Virus genome (UHGV): UHGV-0320443 | DNA length: 55,576 nt | Source: a virus | Strand: one strand, 5' to 3' | Shown here: piece after piece, positions 10,401 to 20,055 of the stretch | Position numbering within the stretch: position 1 is the stretch's first letter | Layout of the letters: every line of letters begins with the position of its first letter | The notes under the pieces: generated by a model | Told to the model about the DNA's origin: nothing | Database searches by the model: none | The model's input: only the letters and a program-made list of their open reading frames with translations | Made by a program: the position numbers and the translations under genes

Positions 10401-10715
10401 AATAGTTCCGTTGAACTGTCTAATATTGTCTGGTAAGATTACGCTGACAACTCCATCTTCAGGATCTTCAGCTTGCATAGGAACAATAGTACGTCCCTTG
10501 CTAATATCTCTGTTAGGAGCCATTACCATATTAATGATAGCAAATTGTGATAAGTCAATCGGTTGATCTTCTTCATCAATCAATCGAATAATGAACTTAC
10601 CTGACTGCTTATCATAAGAGTAAAATCGTGCACCTAAGTCTGGCACATCACGTTCATCTGCGGAGAGTGCTAGGGTTAAAATTGCTCTTTTTAGATAATT
10701 CAAATCAGTTGCCAT
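7416..10715 (-). CDS. tail fibre / receptor-binding protein
   Basis: 1099 aa with an N-terminal coiled coil and S/T/N/G-rich beta-rich repeats, directly after Tal. Confidence 0.7.
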   Translation of the reverse strand: MATDLNYLKRAILTLALSADERDVPDLGARFYSYDKQSGKFIIRLIDEEDQPIDLSQFAIINMVMAPNRDISKGRTIVPMQAEDPEDGVVSVILPDNIRQFNGTIIAGVVAMNADNIKTHDFGYFRFEMQQSLIDANIENLSDFYVDEFEQLREQIRLIMQDTLDDIDAFKLNINTQLQELQNKINTARIDLDTLIAAINAAKINTRNVFDLSLITTPESLVRRRVPGNAVEIRGWGYELFNVEATSKMFKPNTTYHAKYTVRLLSLDGGALYSPSKAHGGLNLYSNVNNTFYPTIWIGEASVIDDFKDLKVGDTITRETTFTTPANFAEAQYKILSYSRRDTAGVTDLVRFEDIMVQEGTIFTGHQVSPNDVLTKYNEPFYHKNVFPDPKLTGTFIATPEPFNGATIEMSYISGGYLSLKNPSTTERLRIYWLMADMGINDNDLFQPFDVKVKIRLASVAKPIEIGFGSSNNMVLNPSYSWRYYTGTVQTQASNAFSIWLEPGQGIDIMELNIFKSLNSALYQGYEGLNIDTFVAQGNYKVRNMTGTIPPDITSTTFCYLTNEPLDNFTNVKQTLTIRTGLNLGNADYTYVRQRINSNWLPWQRVLTAMMDGNQASKTGADLNNEKISGEFVYINPINVPAGVGTIYGKIQRYGGAYVLQNITSANDPSLTYQRACINTVWSEWRKIPTLLSDGRVDTMAVDFNTLKETATIVNTSATNSPDGAASTSWYTDVVRYGSSGNYVYQRATRISSIYQNTYERQLFNGTWSPWKLLSSPYIDQVLGTTSDANKITTSQTIQLEATATSNLPTSGSGVYYYLETIARADNYVLQRATLRGGTMKTYTRQSHNGIWSAWSEDIDSTNNQTVGGLKNFTTRPTVNGAQVATNVEPTPLTGTVNWDSFDQPGRWYMSGIANGPKYLSNFGYLEVISHPSSVGAIQTYTDMDNNCIMRTRKNISGVSTWGPWKVIRLSLPEANLSYLTGWADYNTDTSSWQHAKVVRDGDTVTLAGTIRNTATFTPSNGQEHMANIPEGYRPKYNRNGIIMRSSGRTIYTCDVYTDGRLTNSTMVDPGINGYAGEQSAGKIFHISITYVGEDIAFF

Positions 10716-10727
10716 TGGGTTACCTCC

Positions 10728-12785
10728 TTAAATGGAATCTACGAATAATAAATCATCGCCTAGTTCCTTCATATTCGAGCCTAAGGTGATTGTGGATCTT
10801 ATCGGAACAAGTAAGTCCATGTTGCGCGATACAATCCTTAACTGAATCTTTTCTGGATTTCCATTAGCATCTAATTCCTCTTCATCATACAAAGTAGCCA
10901 AAGCTCTTAGGTAAGGTACTTCATGAGAGAAATAAGCATCTCCAGCTAGATTCAAAATGTTTACATCGAAAGTAAATTGTGGTGAAGCCATATCAGCTAA
11001 GCGCTCGGTAGCTCTTTTCTTTAATGATGCTGCCTTAGTAAAGCGTGAATCTGACCACAATAAATGTTTCTTAGGAGGTGTTTGACCTCTTGATGTATAC
11101 CAATCATAATTCTCTACGTAATCTTTTCCTCCATTGATCGAAGCAAAAGTTAAACCATCTTTCCCTTCGGCATGTAGGATTGTAACTACGTTTTGAGAAT
11201 TTTTCTTTCTTGTAATACTTTTTAGATTTTTTCTACGACGTATGTTGTAGTTGTAATCTAAATTAGTTGTCAATAACGAAACTGTTTTATTGACGTTATC
11301 ATAGACAAGATCTCCTCCCCATAATGAACGAACATTGTTCAAGTGGTCGATTCGGTTTTTTCTTTCTTCTACAATATAGTCGTTAGCTTCAAAGTCACCT
11401 TCAACGTTTAATACAGTCCATCCAGTTCCTGAAACCATTCGTTCCATAACTTGACGTGGCATGGCGTTCTCTATCGTAATCGGCGGCATGATAGAATCAA
11501 AGATGATGTCGTACCAAGCTGCCTCACACATGACATCGAAGACGACCCCCGATTCATTCTCTACTTGAGAAATGTCTCGTACATATAAACGATTGTAAGG
11601 TACATCATCGCCTCTGTAATGCAAGTCTACTCGATATTCATTGTCGATCCAACTAGCCTTATCACTATTCCGCAGTTGAAAATTCAGGACTTCTTGTCCA
11701 TCAGTACTATCCTGTAAATTAAGTGAAGACAAATCTTCTGAGGTTAAGATAACTGTTAAGTTGTCATTGTTATCATAAACTCTAGGTTCTGTAATTAGAC
11801 CAGTTAATTCAGGGACATTGTCTAACATAATGCGATCAAACGATACAAAGCTAGGTCCTGTAGGATCAACAGGTTCTACAGTTACTAATAATTGAACATA
11901 TGTGTTAGCTGGACTTACAAGAGTACCTGATTCACTAATTGGTTCCCAAGAAGAGAACGTAGATCCATCTGCGGAAGATCGCGAGAAAACTGTAGTGACG
12001 GCATTTGTTGATGCTCCGTTTACAGTCAAGTGAGCGTCAGATATCTTTGCCACTGAGTTTAACAATGGCGATAAATAAGTACCTTGAGTACTTCCTTCAG
12101 TTAATGTTAAAGTTCCATTATCGACAGACAAGTCAGATATCATAACACTTCTTGTCTCAAGATAAAATCTGACAATATCTTGACTTGGATTAGCTACATC
12201 TTCTAAATAAAGTTTTTTCAAATTACCTTTGAAGTAATTATTCTTACCATCACTACCAAAGATTAAAGTATCTTGATTTGCTAAGACATCTTTAAGTGAA
12301 AATACTTTTGTTTCATCATTGACAACTAGTGTAGCAAAGTTGGAATAGTTATTGATAATCAAAGATACGTAATATTCTTTGTTTACTTCCATGATGTGGA
12401 AAGGTCCTTCTAAAGTCTTTCCTTCAATTTCAAGATAAACTGATCCGCTTTGCATGTATACAGCGAATTTATTTGTCTTGAATAAATACTGTGGAGCTAT
12501 TCCCATCTGATTAAAAGTGAAAACTCCACCAATAGTAAAGTTCACAACATTTTCCCAAATAGCTTTATCTATTACGTAATGAGTCCCGTTAATAGTATTT
12601 CCACAAGGTTCTGTATGTTCGACTATAGGGTTACCAACTAACTTACCTTCAAAGCCATGACCTGAATCATCTTTGAAAGTTTCATTGACTAAAGTCCAGT
12701 TAGCTCTTGTGTTTCTGCCATTTACTGGTCGTGCTCCGATGTAAGAATTAATGTCATATAAGATTGGCGCTACCATTATTCCCAC
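10728..12785 (-). CDS. tail-associated protein Tal (baseplate hub, gp27-like N-domain)
   Basis: 685 aa, located between Dit and the fibre. Confidence 0.65.
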   Translation of the reverse strand: MGIMVAPILYDINSYIGARPVNGRNTRANWTLVNETFKDDSGHGFEGKLVGNPIVEHTEPCGNTINGTHYVIDKAIWENVVNFTIGGVFTFNQMGIAPQYLFKTNKFAVYMQSGSVYLEIEGKTLEGPFHIMEVNKEYYVSLIINNYSNFATLVVNDETKVFSLKDVLANQDTLIFGSDGKNNYFKGNLKKLYLEDVANPSQDIVRFYLETRSVMISDLSVDNGTLTLTEGSTQGTYLSPLLNSVAKISDAHLTVNGASTNAVTTVFSRSSADGSTFSSWEPISESGTLVSPANTYVQLLVTVEPVDPTGPSFVSFDRIMLDNVPELTGLITEPRVYDNNDNLTVILTSEDLSSLNLQDSTDGQEVLNFQLRNSDKASWIDNEYRVDLHYRGDDVPYNRLYVRDISQVENESGVVFDVMCEAAWYDIIFDSIMPPITIENAMPRQVMERMVSGTGWTVLNVEGDFEANDYIVEERKNRIDHLNNVRSLWGGDLVYDNVNKTVSLLTTNLDYNYNIRRRKNLKSITRKKNSQNVVTILHAEGKDGLTFASINGGKDYVENYDWYTSRGQTPPKKHLLWSDSRFTKAASLKKRATERLADMASPQFTFDVNILNLAGDAYFSHEVPYLRALATLYDEEELDANGNPEKIQLRIVSRNMDLLVPIRSTITLGSNMKELGDDLLFVDSI

Positions 12786-13606
12786 CTCGAATTCGGATAT
12801 ATTTGAATAGATAAGTATCGGTTAAAAGATAGTGGATCATAACCAGTTAGTGTTACGTCATAAGTTGTCTCCGGTAAAAAATGAGGGAATACAGTACTTA
12901 CAAACGGCAACGCGTTCTGTCTACGACCATCCGCACGATCAAAGAAAGCTGTCGATCTTCGGCAGTCGATCGTAAGGGTATCTCCTTCTTGTAAAGTATA
13001 ATTAGTAGGCAAATCAATTACGAACTGCTTGTCGTAATCATTTAGTTGAGAAATATTGAATGTCAACTGAGTTAAGTTATGTCCTTGAATAACAATTGTT
13101 GGGAATGTTTCAGCTAGACCAATATTAGCAACTGTTGTGCTCAAATTCTTATTATCAATAATTCCGGGTGTCTCACCTACGTCATACATGAAGGGGTCGT
13201 TTACTTTCATTTCTAAAGTAAAATAACCTTGAGATACTAACATATTCATATCTTGCTGACCACCACGTCTAACAGCTAAGTAATATTTATCAGGTTCTAA
13301 GTCGGATATGAGTCGTTTTGCTTTTTGTCTAGGAGATAACCAAGCAGCAATTCTATGACGTTTTTGTCGTAAATCGGCTTCATTCTTTGCATGTAATACT
13401 AGTTCGAATTGTAATGAAATTGGATCTAATCCTAAAAAGTCACTATACGTTTCATCCGATCTTAAAGCATTATCATCAGCTGTTCGTGATCCAGACAAAA
13501 TTGGTATAGGTGATTTTAATAACCACATATCAAAATCTCGACCTGAATGTAACCCGTCATAAGTAAAGCCGAATGTGTCTTTTGGTAATAATCCAGTGAT
13601 TCGCAT
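12776..13606 (-). CDS. distal tail protein Dit
   Basis: 276 aa, immediately downstream of the tape measure gene. Confidence 0.6.
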   Translation of the reverse strand: MRITGLLPKDTFGFTYDGLHSGRDFDMWLLKSPIPILSGSRTADDNALRSDETYSDFLGLDPISLQFELVLHAKNEADLRQKRHRIAAWLSPRQKAKRLISDLEPDKYYLAVRRGGQQDMNMLVSQGYFTLEMKVNDPFMYDVGETPGIIDNKNLSTTVANIGLAETFPTIVIQGHNLTQLTFNISQLNDYDKQFVIDLPTNYTLQEGDTLTIDCRRSTAFFDRADGRRQNALPFVSTVFPHFLPETTYDVTLTGYDPLSFNRYLSIQIYPNSRWE

Positions 13607-13624
13607 ACGCCCACTCCTTTCTTA

Positions 13625-13645
13625 TATTATTATACTATATAACAA
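13625..13645 (-). promoter_or_regulatory. TATAGTATAAT promoter element (minus strand) ahead of Dit
   Basis: The plus-strand ATTATACTATA at 13629-13639 is the reverse complement. The identical 11-mer recurs at 23437-23447. Confidence 0.35.
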
Positions 13646-13651
13646 AGAAAC

Positions 13652-13681
13652 GGTCCCTACCTTTAATTAGGTAGGAACCAC
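13652..13681 (-). terminator. hairpin with T-run just after the TMP stop (attenuator or terminator)
   Basis: GGTTCCTACC-taattaaa-GGTAGGGACC has one mismatch. On the minus strand it is followed by GTTTCTTTGTT. Confidence 0.3.
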
Positions 13682-16600
13682 AATTCCTCGAGCTTTATTT
13701 CGATTTGTTAAGTTTTGTTGAAGCTGTCTTGCTAATGTTGAAACACTTTCTGTAGTAGTCATATTAGCTTGTCCAACTAATGGTCCGTAGAAATTGTAGT
13801 ACATATAGTTGCTTGCACCTTGTTGGATCCTACTTTCAAAATCAATGTCTGAGTTAATACCTGTAATGGCAGTTTTTAGATTGTCATATAAGGTAGAAAC
13901 ATCTGGATTGATATAGAACGTGTCCATTAAGTTCTCAGCTAATTTGTCTGCTGCGCTAATTGCTTCTTGTTCTCCGTCAGTAATACCTAAAGCTAAACCT
14001 CTTGAGAACATGATACCAATTTCTTTCCGAGCTCTTCTTGATGGTGATTTGACTTGCAACTTACTCTTCGCTGCAGCAAGGGCTTCTTGAGCTACTGCCA
14101 TAGCAGCACCTGTAATAGCTCCCGCACCACCTCGAATACCTGAAGCAATACCAGATGAAGTATTGTAACCGACATCATACCATCCACCAACACTAGAGTA
14201 ACCACTCTTGGCTGCACTAGCATTTCCTGAACCGGCAGATCTCATGTCGCTATCTCCACTAGATACACCACTAGCAGCACTGGCAGTAATCTCTTCCCCA
14301 GCAGATCTTGCTCCAGATTTACCATTCTTAATTTCGTTAGAATAGTCTTTAGCTTGTCGCTTACCTGTATCAGGGAAGTACTTACTCTTCGAATCAATAC
14401 CGTCAATAACTGTTCCAGACAAGTATTTACCAGCTTCATCAAAGTCACCTGACTTCAATGCTGTGATAAAGTCTTTCTGACCTTTATCCCCGTTCTTAAA
14501 CATATCAGGAGGTAATTTTTGAATGATACCAATAATCTCATCATTCACCATTGCTGCGGCACCTTCGTAGTCACCATTTTGAATAGCTGTTACAAAGTTC
14601 TGTGCTGCATCTCCACCTTTGATTGCCATGACTTGAGCGAAGCCACCCATTGCGTCTTCAATCAAACCTGTCTTAGAAACAAATGCTGTATACAATGCTG
14701 CCAACTGAACATCTGACAATTCACCCATTGCAGAAATACCTTGTCCCCAAGATTCAGCTGTTAACGTACCATTGTTAGCCATCAATTCAATCATTTGACT
14801 ACCCCAAGCTGCAAGGTTTTCTTTCATGATATTGTTTTGATTGATTTGTTCATCAATCTGAATTTGATAGTTAGCTTTTTCAGTTTCATTAGAAGCTTCC
14901 CGTTTAGCTTTACGAAGCTCTTCTAAAGCATTTTCTCCTTCTTCAAGGGCTGTTGCTCTTTCTGCATATGCAGATTTTAGAACCTCGATAGCTGTTTGCT
15001 GTTCTTGGGCGGCTAATTCTTCACCTGATTGAATACGCAACAATTGTGCTTGGACATACAATTCATTCTGAGTAGCTAATTCTTGTCGAATTGCTTCAGT
15101 TTGTTGTTGTAATAATTCACGTTGTTGTTCAGTTAATTCAGTACCGTCAGCCCACTGATTGCTCTTCAAGATAGAATTGTAATCGCTGTAAGTAGCTAAT
15201 AGCAACTCATTATTTCCTTGAATAGCTTTGACGTATTCTTCATTAGCTTGTTGTAAAGCTTGAAGTCGTTCTTCACCCGACAATTGTTCAGCTGCGGCTA
15301 TTGCTTCTGTCGCTTTCTGCGATGCTGCCGCCGATTGCTCTTGATACGTTGCATACAGATCAGCCACGTTTTGTAAGAACTTCTTGGTTTGATCAGATAA
15401 TGCTTCGCCTGTTGCATCAACTGTGTTCATCAAGTTTTCAGTTACAGCTGTGCTTGCTTTTTCAAGTGAAGACGCTGTAGCTTCTGATGCCGTGTTGATA
15501 TTGGTTAACATATTCTCAAACTCATTGTTACTTACTTTAAATGTCTTAGTTACTTTCTCTGTAGCTTCGGCTGTTTTACCCATATTCTTATAAGTATTAA
15601 TTAAAGCAGAATTTGCAGGGTCAAAAGCACTTGCAATGTTCTTACCAACACCTTTGACATTGTCTACTAATGCGGCAGAACGTTCTTTGACTGCATCGAA
15701 GTTACCTACCATAGCAAAGCCAATAATTTCAACAGCATTAGATACTGCCATGAAAGCATTTAACAAGGCCATAGCTAGATTGATCGTAATACGAATGATA
15801 TCCGCAGTTGCTGCCAATGATGATATAAATGTATACCACACGGCAGCCCCTATGATCTCTACTACACCTTTCAGTATATCTACAAGAGGTTTCCAGGCAT
15901 TCGTGTTACTCTCAACAGTATTTCCTATTTGTGAGAAAGTATCTTTTATTGCATTCCAGAAACTAGATAATAGTTCCCTTACTTGGTAAGTGTTTTCATA
16001 GAAAGCTAAAGCCATAGCACCTAATGCTGCGATCACTACCGCAACAACTGCTGCAATAGTTCCTAATCCAACTACAGCTCCTCCTGTTGCTCCTCCGAGT
16101 GCAGTCATTCCTGAGCCAGCAGATCCTAATGCTTTTCCAAAGAATGGAAGACCAGATCCACCAGTCATTAAAGCGCCCATCTTAGTAGCAAAAGGTGATA
16201 GACCATTAGTAACAGAAAAGCGAAGTGCTTTAGAAAATGTTGGCAGAGTTTTACCACCAATGATTAACATCGGTCCACCAATAGTAGCTAATGCTGCAGC
16301 CACCATTGCTGACTTTGCAATGAACATTTGTGTTTCTTCATCTAGATTAGCAAAACCATTAGCCATTTTTTCTAAGGCTTGAATAAACGGCTCTGCTGAA
16401 TCAATGATCTCAGATAAAGCCTGTTTGAATACATCACCAACAGTGATTGCCATATCATAGAATCTGTTTTTCAACATCTGAACTTTGGAGTCAAATGTTT
16501 CATAACGTTTATCAGCTTCTGCAGTTAAGGCAGCATTTTCACGCCATGCTTTGTTAGACATTTCTACAGCATCGTTAAATAATTGTTGAGCCCCACCGAC

Positions 16601-17767
16601 ACGAAGCAAGGTATCCCGCAGACGAATTTCTTTGATTCCCATGTCATCAAGTAAGTTGATTGCAGTTGTACCTTTCTCTTCGGCGTGACCTAATCCTTCA
16701 ACGAAGGCTGCGATAGCACCTGTAGCATCTTCTTCAAATGCTTTCTTAAATTGTTCTGCTGACATGCCGGCAATATTAGCAAAGTCTTCTAAGTTCTTAG
16801 AGTTCTTAATTACGTTGTTCAACTCATCAGAAGTCATACCAATACTTTGAGCTAAGCCGTTAAAGTCAGATGAAGCATTCGCAGACATTAATTCTAAGTC
16901 ACGAATACTCATTCCTGTTTTTTCTACAACTTCTCTAGCAGGTTCTAAACCAGTAGAGGTAGCTACTTGCATGTTGATCATTGCTTTAGAGAAAGCAGAT
17001 CCACCCATTTCAGCTTTGATACCTAATGAAGTTAATGCCGTAGAGATACCCAATACATCAGCTTCCGAAAGACCTATTTGATCTCCGGCCGCTGCCAGAC
17101 GTAATCCCATGTTAACGATTTCAGTTTCTGTTGCAGCAAAGTTGTTACCTAATGCTACGATGGATGAACCTAATCGTCCTACATCATTACTACTAGTACC
17201 CATAATGTTTGAGAATCTAGCTAAGGCCGTTGCAGCCTCTTCAGCACTCATATTAGTAGATACACCAAGCTTGATCATTGTCTCTGTAAAGCTGGACACG
17301 TCTTCTGTTTTGATACCTAACTGACCAGCAGCCTCAGCTACTCCTGCAATTTCAGAAGCTGTAGCTGGAGTTACTTTAGCTAAGTTACGTAAACTTTGTT
17401 CTAAATCATCATAAGATAGAACGACATTTCCGTTTGAGTCCTCTACTTCATCTACTGTTTTCTTGACACCAGCAAAAGCCGTTTCCCAATCAGCAGCAGC
17501 AGTAACAAGTCCTTTAATACCTAAAGAAGCCGTAGCACCGACCGCAGTCATTACTGTACCAATCTGAACCATTGCTTGGCCGACCTTTTCAGTAGTTTTC
17601 TGGGCCGCTTTTACGGCTTTATCGTATTCTTCTCTTTGTTTTTGAGCTGACTCTTGAACTTTCTGATCAGCTTGATTGAACATTGCATTAGCACTATTCA
17701 AATCGCTTTGCAGAGTATCAAGTTTTAACCTCATTTCAGCATAAATGGAACCTAAGTTAGTAGCCAT
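13667..17767 (-). CDS. tail tape measure protein
   Basis: 1366 aa, coiled-coil-rich with central hydrophobic segments, and downstream of the chaperone pair. Confidence 0.85.
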   Translation of the reverse strand: MATNLGSIYAEMRLKLDTLQSDLNSANAMFNQADQKVQESAQKQREEYDKAVKAAQKTTEKVGQAMVQIGTVMTAVGATASLGIKGLVTAAADWETAFAGVKKTVDEVEDSNGNVVLSYDDLEQSLRNLAKVTPATASEIAGVAEAAGQLGIKTEDVSSFTETMIKLGVSTNMSAEEAATALARFSNIMGTSSNDVGRLGSSIVALGNNFAATETEIVNMGLRLAAAGDQIGLSEADVLGISTALTSLGIKAEMGGSAFSKAMINMQVATSTGLEPAREVVEKTGMSIRDLELMSANASSDFNGLAQSIGMTSDELNNVIKNSKNLEDFANIAGMSAEQFKKAFEEDATGAIAAFVEGLGHAEEKGTTAINLLDDMGIKEIRLRDTLLRVGGAQQLFNDAVEMSNKAWRENAALTAEADKRYETFDSKVQMLKNRFYDMAITVGDVFKQALSEIIDSAEPFIQALEKMANGFANLDEETQMFIAKSAMVAAALATIGGPMLIIGGKTLPTFSKALRFSVTNGLSPFATKMGALMTGGSGLPFFGKALGSAGSGMTALGGATGGAVVGLGTIAAVVAVVIAALGAMALAFYENTYQVRELLSSFWNAIKDTFSQIGNTVESNTNAWKPLVDILKGVVEIIGAAVWYTFISSLAATADIIRITINLAMALLNAFMAVSNAVEIIGFAMVGNFDAVKERSAALVDNVKGVGKNIASAFDPANSALINTYKNMGKTAEATEKVTKTFKVSNNEFENMLTNINTASEATASSLEKASTAVTENLMNTVDATGEALSDQTKKFLQNVADLYATYQEQSAAASQKATEAIAAAEQLSGEERLQALQQANEEYVKAIQGNNELLLATYSDYNSILKSNQWADGTELTEQQRELLQQQTEAIRQELATQNELYVQAQLLRIQSGEELAAQEQQTAIEVLKSAYAERATALEEGENALEELRKAKREASNETEKANYQIQIDEQINQNNIMKENLAAWGSQMIELMANNGTLTAESWGQGISAMGELSDVQLAALYTAFVSKTGLIEDAMGGFAQVMAIKGGDAAQNFVTAIQNGDYEGAAAMVNDEIIGIIQKLPPDMFKNGDKGQKDFITALKSGDFDEAGKYLSGTVIDGIDSKSKYFPDTGKRQAKDYSNEIKNGKSGARSAGEEITASAASGVSSGDSDMRSAGSGNASAAKSGYSSVGGWYDVGYNTSSGIASGIRGGAGAITGAAMAVAQEALAAAKSKLQVKSPSRRARKEIGIMFSRGLALGITDGEQEAISAADKLAENLMDTFYINPDVSTLYDNLKTAITGINSDIDFESRIQQGASNYMYYNFYGPLVGQANMTTTESVSTLARQLQQNLTNRNKARGIVVPT

Positions 17768-17791
17768 GGATTTACCTCCTTTCTAAGTTAA

Positions 17792-17998
17792 TTAGAGGAA
17801 ATCAGGCACATTACCCTTTTGTGGTGCGTCAGGTAAGTCAAGTTTTTCCCCATCAGATAATCGCTGTACTATAATAGTACAAGCTGAGTCAAGATCATAA
17901 GCAGTTGTTTGACTCAGCCCTGGGAAAAAGTCGCTAGGACGACAACTCCATGTTCTAGCATTAGCTATTAGCATCGTCATCTGGGCTGGATCCTTCAC
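17792..17998 (-). CDS. gpT-like C-terminal extension, probably read as a G-T fusion by +1 frameshift
   Basis: Its frame is open through the end of the G ORF. The CCC_UUU_C heptamer on the minus strand (plus 17999-18005) allows +1 re-pairing to CCU_UUC. There is no convincing independent RBS or start. Confidence 0.4.
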   Translation of the reverse strand: MKDPAQMTMLIANARTWSCRPSDFFPGLSQTTAYDLDSACTIIVQRLSDGEKLDLPDAPQKGNVPDFL

Positions 17999-18467
17999 GA
18001 AAGGGTAACATCGATAATGTATCCCCCATAGCCCATTGGAAAATAGCCATTTTTTGACTCTGCAAAAGATCGATGCCTTTTTCTTTAAATTCAGCAGCAG
18101 AAGGTCTAACTAAAGCTTTGTAAGCAACTTTGTCAACCATTTCCAGCATACGATCAGCAGTTTCTTGGTCGTTATTAATTTGATCTTCAAGTTCTTTAGC
18201 AACTTCGTCAAATTTTTCTTTGTCTTCGAATAATTCGTTAGCTGCCCCTTGAAGAGATGTGTTAGCTTGGAACATACCTTCTCTAGCTAATTCAACCATG
18301 TCCACCTGCCGGACCATAACTGTCATTGTTTGACCTTTACGAAATGATGGAATGTCTAAAGGTTCACCTTCGTTTACCATTTCAAAAATTTCGTCAATAC
18401 TTACAATATGCTTACCTTCTTTGCGCATATTTTTGATTTCATTAATTACCGTCTTGTTGTCGCTCAT
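17961..18467 (-). CDS. tail assembly chaperone (gpG-like)
   Basis: A 168-aa acidic protein directly upstream of the TMP. It overlaps the next ORF in a different frame. Confidence 0.6.
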   Translation of the reverse strand: MSDNKTVINEIKNMRKEGKHIVSIDEIFEMVNEGEPLDIPSFRKGQTMTVMVRQVDMVELAREGMFQANTSLQGAANELFEDKEKFDEVAKELEDQINNDQETADRMLEMVDKVAYKALVRPSAAEFKEKGIDLLQSQKMAIFQWAMGDTLSMLPFREGSSPDDDANS

Positions 18468-18481
18468 TATACTAATCCTCC

Positions 18482-19114
18482 TTAAGAAATTTCTGCTGGT
18501 GTAACTGCCTCTGTTGGAAGAGCATCCACGAGTTTTTTACGAACAGCAGGGATATTTGTTTTGGTGTTTTCTGAACCAGTGATAGTAAAGGCTTCAGCAG
18601 CCCATGTTTGATCTGCAAAGGACATGTTAGGAACAGTACCTGTACAGTTAGGACTTGTTACACATAAGTAACCATCCTTACGTCCACCACTTGTGTAGTT
18701 AGAAACGAAAATGTCGATTTGGAATGGAACCCGATCATCGGATTCAGCCATCATAGGCGCATCCCAACCAACAGCTTTTGTAACTGCATCAGGTTCTACA
18801 CCAGTAGTTTCGGTGATTAATTTACCACCAGCAATGATTGTTGACAACTGAGCATCGAAACGCGCATCAGTGAAACCAATCGAAACACCCGTAATTTTAG
18901 AATCTTCTTGCAACGTTACCAAAATACGATCTCCGCCACGTAAGTTATCAGATTCAGCATCTGACATTGTAGCTTCAACAGTAGCTTCCTGAGATGTATC
19001 CACCCAGTATTTTTCTGGAGTAGATGGAAGAGAACCATCAGCGTTTAAAACTGTGATAAGAGCTCCCCGGACACCTCGTAGGTAACCAGTTTTAACTTGT
19101 TCTTGACGAGCCAT
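18482..19114 (-). CDS. major tail protein
   Basis: 210 aa, immediately upstream of the chaperone pair. Confidence 0.6.
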   Translation of the reverse strand: MARQEQVKTGYLRGVRGALITVLNADGSLPSTPEKYWVDTSQEATVEATMSDAESDNLRGGDRILVTLQEDSKITGVSIGFTDARFDAQLSTIIAGGKLITETTGVEPDAVTKAVGWDAPMMAESDDRVPFQIDIFVSNYTSGGRKDGYLCVTSPNCTGTVPNMSFADQTWAAEAFTITGSENTKTNIPAVRKKLVDALPTEAVTPAEIS

Positions 19115-19115
19115 G

Positions 19116-19508
19116 TTAGTTCCTCCTTGTTCTAGCCTCGAATCTAATCGGGCCGTTAGTTATTTTGTTTAACGTTTGATCTAAATAAAAATCACTAATC
19201 ATAGTGACTTTGTAATCAACAAAGCCTTGTTCAAAAGTGTCATTATAAGGAACATCTAATGCTAAGGCTTTGATCAATTGATCCGTAGCTTCTTCTATGC
19301 GACTGAAATCTCCTGGTTCGTCATAGATGTAACAGTTCAATCTATTAATGTAAGCACCAGGCGTAATGTCTTCACCTTGGTTAGGAGATATAACCATGTA
19401 AAAATCCTCTTGCTCATCTGGATTGACTGTGTATGGTTGATAAATCTTATTCTCTAAAATAGGAATGTTTGCTCTACAATGTCGAATCAGTTCCTGGATC
19501 AAAGTCAA
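19116..19508 (-). CDS. tail terminator / neck protein (start uncertain, possibly TTG)
   Basis: The track ORF begins with TTG right after an in-frame TAG. There is no good RBS and it overlaps the upstream ORF by 35 nt. Confidence 0.4.
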   Translation of the reverse strand: MTLIQELIRHCRANIPILENKIYQPYTVNPDEQEDFYMVISPNQGEDITPGAYINRLNCYIYDEPGDFSRIEEATDQLIKALALDVPYNDTFEQGFVDYKVTMISDFYLDQTLNKITNGPIRFEARTRRN

Positions 19509-19701
19509 CCACCTCTACTGCCATTCCAGAACGCACTAACGAATTCACAAGTGACTCCGGCAGATGATCAAGGGACTGACCACGTTTAACCTGAAACTCG
19601 ACTTGTGGATCAGAGTCAGTTGCACGATAGTAATGTACTGAAGTTACTAACGCTTTAATCTGAGGCTTTTTAGTTTTTGTAGTGTCTTTAGGTTTTACCA
19701 T
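19474..19701 (-). CDS. hypothetical neck-region protein (75 aa)
   Basis: Strong RBS AAAGGAGG 9 nt before the ATG. Confidence 0.45.
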   Translation of the reverse strand: MVKPKDTTKTKKPQIKALVTSVHYYRATDSDPQVEFQVKRGQSLDHLPESLVNSLVRSGMAVEVVDFDPGTDSTL

Positions 19702-19716
19702 TTTTGCTTACCTCCT

Positions 19717-20055
19717 TTAATTGCTATTCCAAATTCTTTGATACTCTTGAAACATGCCTGGCGTTAAAGCATTCATGGTAGGATCGAGAATGGCGAACCG
19801 CCCTCCATGATCTCTTTCCAAGTATACTCCGTAGTAAGGCATTTGTGCTAATACAACAACAATCTCTTTTGAATTTACTTCAGAGGAACCAGTCAATTGA
19901 TTTCTGGCGTCACCTGTTCTGTCTGTCCAAGGAGCATTTGCTTTTGCATAAGTTTCTAATGCTTGTGCATGTTGTGCTGCTTTACTTGCAAGCTGATCAA
20001 TTTTACTATTGATATGCTTGTTAAGATTTTGATTTACTTCGACCGATCCAGGCAT
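19717..20055 (-). CDS. head-tail joining / tail completion protein
   Basis: Size and position in the neck cluster. Confidence 0.4.
   Translation of the reverse strand: MPGSVEVNQNLNKHINSKIDQLASKAAQHAQALETYAKANAPWTDRTGDARNQLTGSSEVNSKEIVVVLAQMPYYGVYLERDHGGRFAILDPTMNALTPGMFQEYQRIWNSN

Noticed and set aside
17792-17998. Reading 17792-17998 as an independently initiated small gene (GTG or internal ATG MTMLIANAR)
   Set aside because: Only a weak RBS (GAAGGA, 10 nt from the ATG), and the frame is open upstream across the gpG 3' end. The conserved G/GT architecture fits better, but independent initiation is not excluded.
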